From positions 1 through 28,812 of the forward strand of contig CAZFML010000001.1 of the NCBI GenBank assembly GCA_964519975.1: a stretch of 28,812 nucleotides of DNA, read 5' to 3'. The notes beneath the pieces were generated by a model that was given only the letters and a program-made list of their open reading frames with translations, did no database searches and was not told the origin of the DNA. Each line of letters begins with the position of its first letter. The stretch's first letter is position 1. Positions 17,645 through 26,663 of the stretch are shown here, piece after piece. The translations under genes and the position numbers were made by a program. This DNA comes from an uncultured Planctomycetia bacterium. Its GTDB lineage: Bacteria > Omnitrophota > Gorgyraeia > Duberdicusellales > 4484-171.

Positions 17645-18606
17645 CCGCCTATATAATCCGCCGCCTGCTTATTTTTATCCCTCTTTTGTTAATAGTTACT
17701 TTTATTGGCTTTGCTTGTATAAATCTGGCCCCGGGAAATTATTTTGATAGTTTAAGGCAAAATCCGCAAGTTTCTCCGGAAACCATAAAACAATATGAGC
17801 AGAAGTATCATTTAGATAAAAATGTCTTTGTTCAGTATTATCACTGGTTACTTAATGTTATCCGACTCGACTTCGGTTATTCCTTTAGCAACAAAGCTCC
17901 GGTAATAAAGGTATTAAAGTCAAGAATGTTTAATACTTTTATTTTATCAATTTCAGTTCTATTGTTTAGCTGGTTTATTGCTTTGCCTTTAGGGATATAT
18001 TGTGCGGTTAATCAATATAAATTTAGTGATAAGTTTTTCTCCTTGTTGTCATTTATTGGTTTATCAATTCCTAACTTCTTTTTGGCTTTGCTACTTTTAT
18101 ATTTAGCTTCAGTAACCGGGATTCTGCCCACTGGAGGTATGCATTCAGTTGGTTATGAGAACTTATCGCCTTGGCTAAGATTCTGGGATGTAGCTAAGCA
18201 CTTAATAATTCCCACCCTAGTTATTGGTACTTCAAGCATTGCTGGCTTGCAAAGACTCATGCGGGGGAATATGTTGGAAGTACTTAGGGCTCAGTATATT
18301 ACAACTGCTCGCGCTAAAGGGCTACCGGAAAAAAGAGTAATCTATGTTCACGCCCTAAGAAATGCTATAAATCCGATGGTAACTATGTTTGGCGGTACCT
18401 TAGCCGGTCTTTTAAGCAGTGCCGCTTTAACTGAAATTATCTGCAGTTGGCCGGGAATGGGCAAGCTAATGCTAGAAGCAGTAATGAGCCAGGATTTGTT
18501 TTTAGTGGTTGGCAATATGCTGATGATGAGTTTTCTTTTGGTTTTAGGCTATTTGATTGCTGATATAGTTTTGGCCTGGGTAGATCCGAGAATTCAATAT
18601 CAGTAG
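17641..18606 (+). CDS. ABC transporter permease (OppB/DppB-like)
   Basis: YIIRRLL start; EAA loop YITTARAKGLPE...HALRNA; ATGA overlap with the upstream gene. Confidence 0.93.
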   Translation: MTAYIIRRLLIFIPLLLIVTFIGFACINLAPGNYFDSLRQNPQVSPETIKQYEQKYHLDKNVFVQYYHWLLNVIRLDFGYSFSNKAPVIKVLKSRMFNTFILSISVLLFSWFIALPLGIYCAVNQYKFSDKFFSLLSFIGLSIPNFFLALLLLYLASVTGILPTGGMHSVGYENLSPWLRFWDVAKHLIIPTLVIGTSSIAGLQRLMRGNMLEVLRAQYITTARAKGLPEKRVIYVHALRNAINPMVTMFGGTLAGLLSSAALTEIICSWPGMGKLMLEAVMSQDLFLVVGNMLMMSFLLVLGYLIADIVLAWVDPRIQYQ

Positions 18607-18617
18607 AGATAAAAACA

Positions 18618-19706
18618 ATGAAGAGCAATAGTCAGTTAGCAGCAGGTTTTAGAAAACTAAAGCGCCACAACTTAGCCATGGTTGGTTTTTGGGTACTTTT
18701 GGTTTTATATCTATCGGCAATCTTTGCCGGATTTCTGTCACCTTATCACTACGATAACGAAGAAAGAAGTTTAAGCTATGCTCCGCCGTCAAAGATTCAT
18801 CTTGTTAGTCAGGAAGGTAAGTTAACCTGGCCGTTTATTTATAAAAGAAGTTTTAGCTTCGATGAATTTTATAATCGGGTATACAAGGAAGATCAATCTA
18901 AAGAATATCGGTTTAAGTTTCTAATCCGCGGCGATAGCTATTCTATCCTCGGGTTAGTTAAGAGCAATATTCATCTTTTTGGAGTTGAAAAAGGGGCTAG
19001 GCTTTATCTTTGGGGTGCGGATTCAAGGGGTAGGGATTTATTTTCACGAATTATTTACGGCGGTCAGGTCTCTTTATCGATCGGCATTATCGCGGTGGTA
19101 ATTTCTCTATTGTTGGGACTGTTTTTTGGCGGAATTTCCGGCTACTTCAAAGGAAAAACTGACACTATAATTATGCGAATTTGTGAAATTATCATGATGA
19201 TTCCAGCCTTTTATCTTATGCTTTCTTTGCGGAGCATGTTTTCTTACAGTTTAAGTTCTTTGCAGATTTATTTTGCTATAGCTTGTATTATGTCTTTTAT
19301 TGGCTGGCCGGGAATGGCTCGAATTATCCGGGGAATGAGTCTGTCTCTAAGGGAGAGAGAGTTTGTTTTAGCGGCCCGGGCTTTAGGAGTATCACATCTT
19401 AAAATTATCTGGCGTCATATTATACCGCATACTTTCTCCTACTTAGTAGTTGCAGTATCGCTTTCAATTCCCGGCTATATTTTAGGTGAGTCGGGTTTAA
19501 GTCTTTTAGGTTTAGGTATTCAGGATCCCTATGCTTCTTGGGGAAATTTGTTGTCAGAGTCAATGGCTATTGCCCAGATTAAGTTTCATCCCTGGATTTT
19601 GATTCCGGGAGTATTTATTTTTCTTACGGTAATGGCTTTTAACATCTTAGGTGATGGTTTACGAGATGTTTTTGATCCTAAGATGACCATTGGAAGAAAA
19701 TCTTAA
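18618..19706 (+). CDS. ABC transporter permease (OppC/DppC-like, with extended periplasmic loop)
   Basis: WGADSRGRDLFSRIIYGG, EFVLAARALG, ESGLSLLGLGI, FNILGDGLRDVFDP. Confidence 0.93.
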   Translation: MKSNSQLAAGFRKLKRHNLAMVGFWVLLVLYLSAIFAGFLSPYHYDNEERSLSYAPPSKIHLVSQEGKLTWPFIYKRSFSFDEFYNRVYKEDQSKEYRFKFLIRGDSYSILGLVKSNIHLFGVEKGARLYLWGADSRGRDLFSRIIYGGQVSLSIGIIAVVISLLLGLFFGGISGYFKGKTDTIIMRICEIIMMIPAFYLMLSLRSMFSYSLSSLQIYFAIACIMSFIGWPGMARIIRGMSLSLREREFVLAARALGVSHLKIIWRHIIPHTFSYLVVAVSLSIPGYILGESGLSLLGLGIQDPYASWGNLLSESMAIAQIKFHPWILIPGVFIFLTVMAFNILGDGLRDVFDPKMTIGRKS

Positions 19707-19707
19707 T

Positions 19708-20679
19708 ATGGGAAACATTTTAGAAATTAAGAATCTCCATACTTATTTTTATACTGAAAACTCTTTAGTTAAAGCTGTAGAAGGTCTAGATTTATCAGTA
19801 AAAAAAGGCGAAGCCTTAGGTTTAGTCGGTGAATCAGCTTGCGGAAAAACTGTCACTGCTTATTCGGTAATGCGCTTAATTGAAAAACCAGGAAAAATTG
19901 TTAAAGGTGAAATTCTTTTCGAGGGAAAAGATCTCTTAAAGCTTTCCCAAAACGAGATGCAAGGGGTTAGAGGAAATGATGTTGCTATTGTCTTTCAGGA
20001 GCCGTCAATGGCCCTAAATCCTTTATACCCAATAGGTTTTCAGATTGGTGAGGCAATGCCTTTTCACCAAAAGGGTATTGACAGTTCCAAGCAAAGGCAA
20101 AGAGTTTTAGAGCTCTTAAGGCAAGTTGGCATACCTGACCCTGAGGTTCGGATTAAAGATTATCCGCACAATTTAAGTGGCGGTCAGGCTCAACGGGCAG
20201 TAATTGCTACGGCCTTAGCTTGCAGGCCGAAACTTATCATTGCTGATGAGCCAACTACTAGCTTGGATGTTACAGTTCAGGCTCAGATCATGGATCTTTT
20301 TACCCAGCTAAAAAAAGAAGGCAATTTTACCTTTATTTTAATAACTCACAATTTAGCTCTTTGTTCAAAGGTAGTTGATCGAATAGCCATAATGTATGCT
20401 GGAAAGATCGTTGAGCTTGCTGAGACCAAAGAGATTTTTAAAAATCCTTTACATCCTTATACTAAGGCTTTGTTTTCATCAATACCTAAAGGTGATGCTG
20501 TAAAGAGAAAACTTAAAGTTATTGAGGGCTCAGTAGCTGATCCAGCCAACAAGCCCTCGGGTTGTCATTTTAATCCCCGTTGTCCGGAAAATAAGGAAAA
20601 TTGCCAAAGAGGTTATCCTCAATATCGCGAGATAAAGCCTGGGCATTGGGTAAGTTGTCATTATGCAAAACTAGGTTAA
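19708..20679 (+). CDS. ABC transporter ATP-binding protein (OppD/DppD-like)
   Basis: Walker A GESACGKT, LSGGQAQR, IADEPT, C-terminal Cys-containing oligopeptide-ABC tail. ATG 19708, just after the oppC-like stop, is preferred over TTG 19690. Confidence 0.92.
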   Translation: MGNILEIKNLHTYFYTENSLVKAVEGLDLSVKKGEALGLVGESACGKTVTAYSVMRLIEKPGKIVKGEILFEGKDLLKLSQNEMQGVRGNDVAIVFQEPSMALNPLYPIGFQIGEAMPFHQKGIDSSKQRQRVLELLRQVGIPDPEVRIKDYPHNLSGGQAQRAVIATALACRPKLIIADEPTTSLDVTVQAQIMDLFTQLKKEGNFTFILITHNLALCSKVVDRIAIMYAGKIVELAETKEIFKNPLHPYTKALFSSIPKGDAVKRKLKVIEGSVADPANKPSGCHFNPRCPENKENCQRGYPQYREIKPGHWVSCHYAKLG

Positions 20680-20680
20680 C

Positions 20681-21481
20681 ATGGGAGCAATTTTAGAAGT
20701 AAGAGATTTAAAGAAGTATTATCCGGTTAAACGGGGGATACTCTATAAGACTGTTGACTGGATAAAAGCGGTTGACGGAGTAAGTTTTTCTCTTGAACGC
20801 GGTAAAACTTTAAGTCTAGTTGGTGAGTCTGGTTGCGGAAAGACTACTTTAGCCAGGGCAGTTGCCCGCTTGATTAATCCCGATTCAGGATCAGTTAATT
20901 TTTTAGGCCACGAGATAGCAAAGGGAAGTTTAAGCCAGGTAAAGCAGTTTCGCCGCGATTTACAAATCATTTTTCAAGATCCTTTTAACTCTTTGGATCC
21001 ACGGTTTACAGTAGCTAAGATTATTGAAGAAGGCCTTTTTGCTTTACATGCTGCTAAGGGGAAAGCCGAAATCGCTGAGCTATCAGCTAAGATGCTTGAA
21101 AGAGTGGGCTTACCTTTAGACAGCTTAGAGCGTTTTCCGCATGAGTTTAGCGGAGGACAACGTCAAAGAATCAGCATCGCCCGTTCTTTAATTCTTAATC
21201 CTCAGCTGCTTATTCTTGATGAACCGGTTTCATCGCTGGATGTTTCTGTCCAGGCTCAGATAATTAATCTGCTTCTAGAACTGCAGCAGAGATTTAAGCT
21301 AAGTTATCTTTTTATTGCTCATGATTTAAATGTAGTAAAGTGCCTAAGTGATGAGATTTGCGTTATGTATCAGGGCAAGATCGTTGAACAGGCTAAAACA
21401 GAAAAGTTATTTAACAATCCTTCACATCCTTATACTAAAAAGTTACTTTCCTCATCACCGCAGCTAGATAAAATCAGATGA
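20681..21481 (+). CDS. ABC transporter ATP-binding protein (OppF/DppF-like)
   Basis: GESGCGKT, FPHEFSGGQRQR, LDEPVSSLDVSVQAQI, HPYT. Confidence 0.93.
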   Translation: MGAILEVRDLKKYYPVKRGILYKTVDWIKAVDGVSFSLERGKTLSLVGESGCGKTTLARAVARLINPDSGSVNFLGHEIAKGSLSQVKQFRRDLQIIFQDPFNSLDPRFTVAKIIEEGLFALHAAKGKAEIAELSAKMLERVGLPLDSLERFPHEFSGGQRQRISIARSLILNPQLLILDEPVSSLDVSVQAQIINLLLELQQRFKLSYLFIAHDLNVVKCLSDEICVMYQGKIVEQAKTEKLFNNPSHPYTKKLLSSSPQLDKIR

Positions 21482-22749
21482 AAAAGTCACATAGAACAAC
21501 AATAGTTTTGGGATTGTTTTTACTTATCAGTAGCAGCCTCCAAGCTGAAGCCGATTTAGGGCCGAGCCAGGTTTACTTTAAAGGAAAACAGCTTTTAGTG
21601 GCTAAGCCCGGATCTCAAGCAACTCCTTTTATAATAAAAGGAGTTACCTGGTCTCCGGAGACAGTTGCTCCTGATTACGGACCTAACCCCTTAGATTTTA
21701 ACCAAACAGTAGAGTATGGGTTTTTCTTTGACTGGCCTAATCGTCACCCTCAGGGACATGAAATTTTTGTTTACTGGAAGGAAAACCAGTTCATAAAGCA
21801 TTATCAGAAAGATATTCCCTTGATGAAAGAGATGAATTTAAATGTAGTTAGGGTTTATAGTTGTTTTAGTGAGGATTGCGAAGAGTCGCTCAAAATTCTC
21901 GATCATTTTTTTAAAAACGGGATTATGGTTATCATGAATGTAGCCATGTCTAAGAAAGACATTGATAGCCAGAGGTATAAAAAGATAGTTAAGGCCTACA
22001 AAGATCATCCAGCAATTCTTTTCTGGGCAATCGGCAATGAGTGGAATTTAGAATACAACAAATACTGGGGTTATGAGACAGTAGCCGAGGCAGCTAAAGC
22101 TACCAACCAGGTAGCTAGGGAAATAAGAAAGATTGATTATAACCATCCGATAACCTCAATATTAGGTGATCGTTTTGAAGATAAAGATTGCAATAGTACA
22201 GTTAGCTATATACTTTCAGTTTGTCCGGATATTGATGTCTGGGGGTTTAATATCTATCGGGGAAAAAGTTTTCGTAATCTGTTTAAACAGTTAAAAGGAT
22301 TAACCAGAAAGCCCTTCTATATTTGTGAATTCGGAACTGATTCTTTTCGGACAACTAGTTTCGAAGTAGTCAATGAATACCAGGCTGATGACTGCAAGGG
22401 TGTCGAAGATCAGGCTCTGCAGGCAGAATTTGTTTTAGGCCTCTGGAAAGAAATTGAGATTAATTTATCAGCCCTCAATCCCGACAAACAGTGTCTGGGC
22501 GGAATAGTTCATGAATTTAATGACTCTCTATGGAAGGTTGGTTCTTATCATGTAAGCTTAGGCGGATTAGTTGACTACAATTCCCCGGAAAGATGCAGCT
22601 ATCGTCAATACAACAATGAAGGATTTTACCTTCCCGGTGGTCACCCAGACGATGTAGCCAACGAAGAGCATTTCGGAATAGTAGATAGCGAGCGTAAGCC
22701 TAAGCAGATTTTCTTTAAGCTGCAGGAATATTATGGTAGACTAAAATAG
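21478..22749 (+). CDS. Secreted clan GH-A (GH2 TIM-barrel-like) glycoside hydrolase
   Basis: Signal peptide; IKGVTWSP, DIPLMKEMNLNVVRVY, acid/base WAIGNEWN, nucleophile ICEFGTD, C-terminal NEEHFGIV. Confidence 0.8.
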   Translation: MKKSHRTTIVLGLFLLISSSLQAEADLGPSQVYFKGKQLLVAKPGSQATPFIIKGVTWSPETVAPDYGPNPLDFNQTVEYGFFFDWPNRHPQGHEIFVYWKENQFIKHYQKDIPLMKEMNLNVVRVYSCFSEDCEESLKILDHFFKNGIMVIMNVAMSKKDIDSQRYKKIVKAYKDHPAILFWAIGNEWNLEYNKYWGYETVAEAAKATNQVAREIRKIDYNHPITSILGDRFEDKDCNSTVSYILSVCPDIDVWGFNIYRGKSFRNLFKQLKGLTRKPFYICEFGTDSFRTTSFEVVNEYQADDCKGVEDQALQAEFVLGLWKEIEINLSALNPDKQCLGGIVHEFNDSLWKVGSYHVSLGGLVDYNSPERCSYRQYNNEGFYLPGGHPDDVANEEHFGIVDSERKPKQIFFKLQEYYGRLK

Positions 22750-22753
22750 AGAG

Positions 22754-22760
22754 GGAGGTG
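22754..22760 (+). promoter_or_regulatory. Shine-Dalgarno site of the pilin gene
   Basis: GGAGGTG, 4 nt before ATG 22765. Confidence 0.7.
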
Positions 22761-22764
22761 CCCT

Positions 22765-23364
22765 ATGAAAAAATCATTCACCCTAATCGAACTAATCGTA
22801 GTTATTGCTATCATTGCCATCTTAGCCGCAATCATTGCCCCCAATGCCTTTAAAGCTATTGAAAAAGCAAAAGTTGCTAAAACTACTGCTGATTTAAAAG
22901 CCATAAAAACTGCTATCGGAGCCATGTATGCTGATACCGGAAAATTCCCTAGCGGTTGCGTTGCTTTTACCGTTAATGATCCTGAAGTTTTTTTAGATAC
23001 AGCACAGGCGGGTTTAGTATCTGAACCTCCAGTTGGAGTTTTTGTCGCTGCTGGTACTGGTGGCACTTGCGAGTGGACTCAGGCTAATGTTAATGCTTGG
23101 GATGGTCCTTATCTTGAAAGCGGGCAAGTAAAGGATGTCTGGCGCGTAGCATATTATTATGATCCTGATTATTTTTTTTGTACCGATGGATATTTAGGCC
23201 CAGACGGACCGATAAGCAGTTGTGGTGATGTTCCAGTAGCCCAAATTTGTTTAGACATGTGTGGCGGAGCTTTTAATTGTCGTTTTCCGGTGATACAATC
23301 GCTAGGACCAGATAAGAGCAGCTATAGTTGTGATGATATTATAGTAAAAATGACCCTCGATTAG
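22765..23364 (+). CDS. Type IV pilin / T2SS pseudopilin (GspG-like) with class III signal peptide
   Basis: MKKS|FTLIELIVVIAIIAILAAI; WDGPYLE...KDVWRVAYYY resembles the GspG motif; GPD near the C-terminus. Confidence 0.88.
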   Translation: MKKSFTLIELIVVIAIIAILAAIIAPNAFKAIEKAKVAKTTADLKAIKTAIGAMYADTGKFPSGCVAFTVNDPEVFLDTAQAGLVSEPPVGVFVAAGTGGTCEWTQANVNAWDGPYLESGQVKDVWRVAYYYDPDYFFCTDGYLGPDGPISSCGDVPVAQICLDMCGGAFNCRFPVIQSLGPDKSSYSCDDIIVKMTLD

Positions 23365-23394
23365 TTTAACCTTTCCTTTCCCTCCTGATTTAAT

Positions 23395-23423
23395 TTGACA
23401 TATCAAGGTATATTCTATATAAT
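23395..23423 (+). promoter_or_regulatory. Consensus sigma-70 promoter for the lysS operon
   Basis: TTGACA (23395-23400), 17-nt spacer, TATAAT (23418-23423); ATG follows 8 nt later. Confidence 0.88.
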
Positions 23424-23431
23424 AGCGCATT

Positions 23432-24847
23432 ATGGAAGGCAATGAGAAACTGCAAAAAATAAGCGAAGATTTTGGAAATCCTTTTCTAGAAACTAGCTTC
23501 CCTAAGTCCTTGACTATCAAAGAGATATTAGATGAATTTGAGGAAGAAAAGGAAGTTTCGGTTGCCGGAAGGCTGGTTTCTAAGCGCGAACATGGAAAAT
23601 CCGGATTCGGCCACTTAAGTGATCATACCGGAAAAATACAGTTTTATGCTCAAGCTAATAATTTAGGCGATAAGTTTAAACTTTACAAGGATATCGATAT
23701 CGGCGATATCGTAGGTGTTAAGGGTAAACTTTTTACTACTCGTACCGGTGAGTCAACAGTATTGATTGATCAGTTAACTCTTTTAGCCAAAGCCTTACGA
23801 TCAATGCCTGAGAAGTGGCATGGATTAAAGGATGTAGAGGTAAGATACCGGCAGCGCTATCTGGATTTAATTGCTAATTCTCAGGTGCGTGATGTTTTTA
23901 TTAAGCGTTCCAAAATAATTTCTTTAACCAGAGAGTTTTTTGATAAGTTAAAGTTTGTCGAAGTCGAGACGCCGATGCTTCACAAATTAGCTGGAGGAGC
24001 AGCTGGCCGGCCGTTTATGACTCATCATAACGCCACAGATAGCGATGTTTATTTGCGGATTGCTCCCGAGCTTTATCTTAAACGGCTTTTAGTTGGCGGA
24101 TTAGAAAAGGTTTATGAGATAAACCGTTCTTTTCGCAACGAAGGAACTTCAACTAGGCATAATCCTGAGTTTACCATGCTCGAAGCCTATAGTTGTTATG
24201 AAAACTACGAGTATATGATGAAAGTTTGTGAAGATCTGTTTTCTTATTTGGCTAAGGAGCTAACTGGAAGCACTTCTTTAGAGTATCAGGGTAGGAAGTT
24301 AGATCTAACTCCTCCCTGGCAGAGGATTTCTTTTGCGGAGTTGTTCGCTAAGGAGTTTGGAGTAAAGGAAACTGATTCTCAAAAAGAGGTGTTGGATAAG
24401 GTTAGTAAAAAGCTAAAGTTAAAGAAGGGTTTGAGTCGTTCTCAGATTCTTAATATAACCGAGGAGTTGATTGAGAAAAATTATCCTAAGGATAAACCAG
24501 CCTTCATCATTGATTTTTTTACCTGGACTTCTGTCTTGGCTAAGCGAAAAAAAGACAATCCTAATCTGGTTGATAGGTTTGAGCTTTTTATAGCCGGGCT
24601 AGAAGTTGCCAATGCTTATTCTGAGCTTAATGACCCGATCGATCAAAGAGCCAGATTTAAGAAACAGCTTGAAACCGAAGATGAGCTGCCTAAAAAAATT
24701 GATGATGATTTTCTCTTAAGTCTAGAATACGGCATGCCTCCGGCTGCTGGTTTAGGAATCGGCATGGACAGATTAGCCATGATTCTTCTTAATCAGCCTT
24801 CGATACGGGACGTAATTCTTTTTCCTCTGCTTAAGCCAATAGATTAA
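23432..24847 (+). CDS. lysS: Lysine--tRNA ligase (class II)
   Basis: OB-fold anticodon domain; YRQRYLDLI, LRIAPELYLKRL, FRNEG..TRHNPEFTMLE, GMPPAAGLGIGMDRL. Confidence 0.97.
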   Translation: MEGNEKLQKISEDFGNPFLETSFPKSLTIKEILDEFEEEKEVSVAGRLVSKREHGKSGFGHLSDHTGKIQFYAQANNLGDKFKLYKDIDIGDIVGVKGKLFTTRTGESTVLIDQLTLLAKALRSMPEKWHGLKDVEVRYRQRYLDLIANSQVRDVFIKRSKIISLTREFFDKLKFVEVETPMLHKLAGGAAGRPFMTHHNATDSDVYLRIAPELYLKRLLVGGLEKVYEINRSFRNEGTSTRHNPEFTMLEAYSCYENYEYMMKVCEDLFSYLAKELTGSTSLEYQGRKLDLTPPWQRISFAELFAKEFGVKETDSQKEVLDKVSKKLKLKKGLSRSQILNITEELIEKNYPKDKPAFIIDFFTWTSVLAKRKKDNPNLVDRFELFIAGLEVANAYSELNDPIDQRARFKKQLETEDELPKKIDDDFLLSLEYGMPPAAGLGIGMDRLAMILLNQPSIRDVILFPLLKPID

Positions 24848-26001
24848 TGTTAACCGAAATCTATTTAGCCCGACGCTATATTTTTCGAGGTAAGTCTCGG
24901 CATATCTCGTTTATCGGTGTTATTTCCTGTTTGGGGGTGGCAGTTGGGGTAGCAGCTTTAATAATTGCTTTTTCAATTGTAAACGGAATTGATGGTGGTC
25001 TGATGAAGCGGATTATGCGTTTTCAGGATCATTTAATTATTGATAGTTTTCAAAATCAGGATTTAACTGCTGCCAAGAAAGAACTAAATACTTGGAATGA
25101 CGTTGAAGCAGCTTATTTTTCGCTTAACACTCAAGTGTTTGCTAAGTTTAATGAGGTTATAGTTCCTTTGGCTGTAAGGGGAATGGTTTTTTCTGATCCA
25201 GAAGCTAAGAATTTATTTTATCAATATGTCGAAGGGGAAAACTACCAAGAAGGTTTCTTTGTTGGCGAGGGATTAAGAAATCAGTTTTTTATCACTGATA
25301 CTATAGAGTTTTATCCTTTGGAAAAGAAGCTAAAACTTCAAACTGCCAAGGTAAGAGGAGTATTCAAGGTCGGGCTTTATGATATTGATAATTATTATTT
25401 AATCGGCGATATTAATGAAATAAAGGCTCTTTCGCCAAATTACTCTTTATTTTTGGGGGTAAAATTAAAAGATCCTTACAAGGCTGATCAAGTTAAGGCT
25501 AAGATTGAGAAAATTTACCCAAACTTAATGGTTAACAGCTGGATAGAATCTAATTCAGCTCTATTTGCTACTTTAAAACTTGAGAAGTTAGCCTTGTTTA
25601 TTATTCTCGGTTTAATTATTCTGGTTGCTTCGTTTAATATATTTTCGGCGCTTACAGTTAAGGTAGTCGAAAAAACCAAAGATATAGGAGTTTTGAGAGC
25701 CTTAGGATTTAGAAAAGGGAAAGTCAGAGATATTTTTACCTTAGGCGGTTTGATGATCGGTACTTTGGGCGTAGGTTTAGGCACGTTATTAGGTTTAGGA
25801 ACTTGCTGGCTTTTAACCAAATATCCAGTTATAAAAATCCCGGCTGATGTCTTCGGTACCGAATATTTGCCGCTAGTAGTAAGCTACCGCGATGTTTTAG
25901 CGATTGTTGTTGTCGGGCTAATTATTTCTTTTGTGTCCAGTTTTTTACCGGCCTTACGGGCCAGCGGACTTAAGATAGCTGAGGCTTTAAGATATGAATG
26001 A
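24847..26001 (+). CDS. LolC/LolE-family ABC transporter permease
   Basis: N-terminal TM segment after RHISFI; IILVASFNIFS..TVKVVEKTKDIGVLRALG; SFLPALRA; lies next to a LolD-like ATPase. Confidence 0.88.
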   Translation: MLTEIYLARRYIFRGKSRHISFIGVISCLGVAVGVAALIIAFSIVNGIDGGLMKRIMRFQDHLIIDSFQNQDLTAAKKELNTWNDVEAAYFSLNTQVFAKFNEVIVPLAVRGMVFSDPEAKNLFYQYVEGENYQEGFFVGEGLRNQFFITDTIEFYPLEKKLKLQTAKVRGVFKVGLYDIDNYYLIGDINEIKALSPNYSLFLGVKLKDPYKADQVKAKIEKIYPNLMVNSWIESNSALFATLKLEKLALFIILGLIILVASFNIFSALTVKVVEKTKDIGVLRALGFRKGKVRDIFTLGGLMIGTLGVGLGTLLGLGTCWLLTKYPVIKIPADVFGTEYLPLVVSYRDVLAIVVVGLIISFVSSFLPALRASGLKIAEALRYE

Positions 26002-26662
26002 GTTGATGGAAATAAATTCAGTAACTAAGGTTTATGACAATGGGGTTGCTTTTAAAGCCTTGAAAGGAATTTCTTTATCGATTTTAAATCAGGATTATTT
26101 GGCGATAACCGGTCCTTCCGGGGCTGGCAAGTCAACCTTGCTTCATATTATCGGAGGGCTAGAGCCGCCGACCGAAGGAAAAGTATTCTTTGGCGAGAAA
26201 GAACTGTATAGAATGAGGGATCGTGAGCTTTCCAGTTGGCGCAACAAAAGAGTAGGTTTTATATTTCAGTTTTATCACTTAATTGAGGAGCTAAATGTTT
26301 TAGAAAATGTGGCTATTGCCAGGTTTGGCGATTCAAGAAAATCCTCTTTTAAAAAGGCTAAAGAGTTGTTAAAATACTTAGGGTTGGAGGCGAATTTTGA
26401 GTCTTTTCCCTCGCAGCTAAGTGGCGGTCAGAAGCAGCGGGTTGCCATTGCCAGAGCTTTAGCTAATGATCCCGAGGTGCTTTTGTGCGATGAACCGACC
26501 GGAAATCTCGATAAGGAGTCAGAGCTAAGAATAGTTAAGCTGCTCGATGATTTAAACAAGAACCGGAAGAAAACAATAGTTTTAGCAACCCATAATCAAG
26601 ATCTGGCCAGACAAGCCAAGAGGGTTTTAATTTTAGAGGACGGAAAAATAAAGGGGGCTTAG
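25994..26662 (+). CDS. lolD: LolD-like ABC transporter ATP-binding protein
   Basis: GPSGAGKST, VGFIFQFYHLI, LSGGQKQRVAIARAL, CDEPTGNLD. Confidence 0.82.
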   Translation: MNELMEINSVTKVYDNGVAFKALKGISLSILNQDYLAITGPSGAGKSTLLHIIGGLEPPTEGKVFFGEKELYRMRDRELSSWRNKRVGFIFQFYHLIEELNVLENVAIARFGDSRKSSFKKAKELLKYLGLEANFESFPSQLSGGQKQRVAIARALANDPEVLLCDEPTGNLDKESELRIVKLLDDLNKNRKKTIVLATHNQDLARQAKRVLILEDGKIKGA

Positions 26663-26663
26663 A

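Noticed and set aside
23371-23386. Pyrimidine tract ctttcctttccctcct as an anti-SD element pairing with the pilin SD
   Set aside because: Only about 6 Watson-Crick pairs plus G-U over a 600-nt distance, which is within chance.
399-25820. Short minus-strand and alternative-frame ORFs in the track (e.g. 918-1295, 15534-15827, 22731-23066, 25515-25820)
   Set aside because: All lie within or overlap well-supported + strand genes, show no recognisable motifs or RBS, and are best explained as shadow ORFs.
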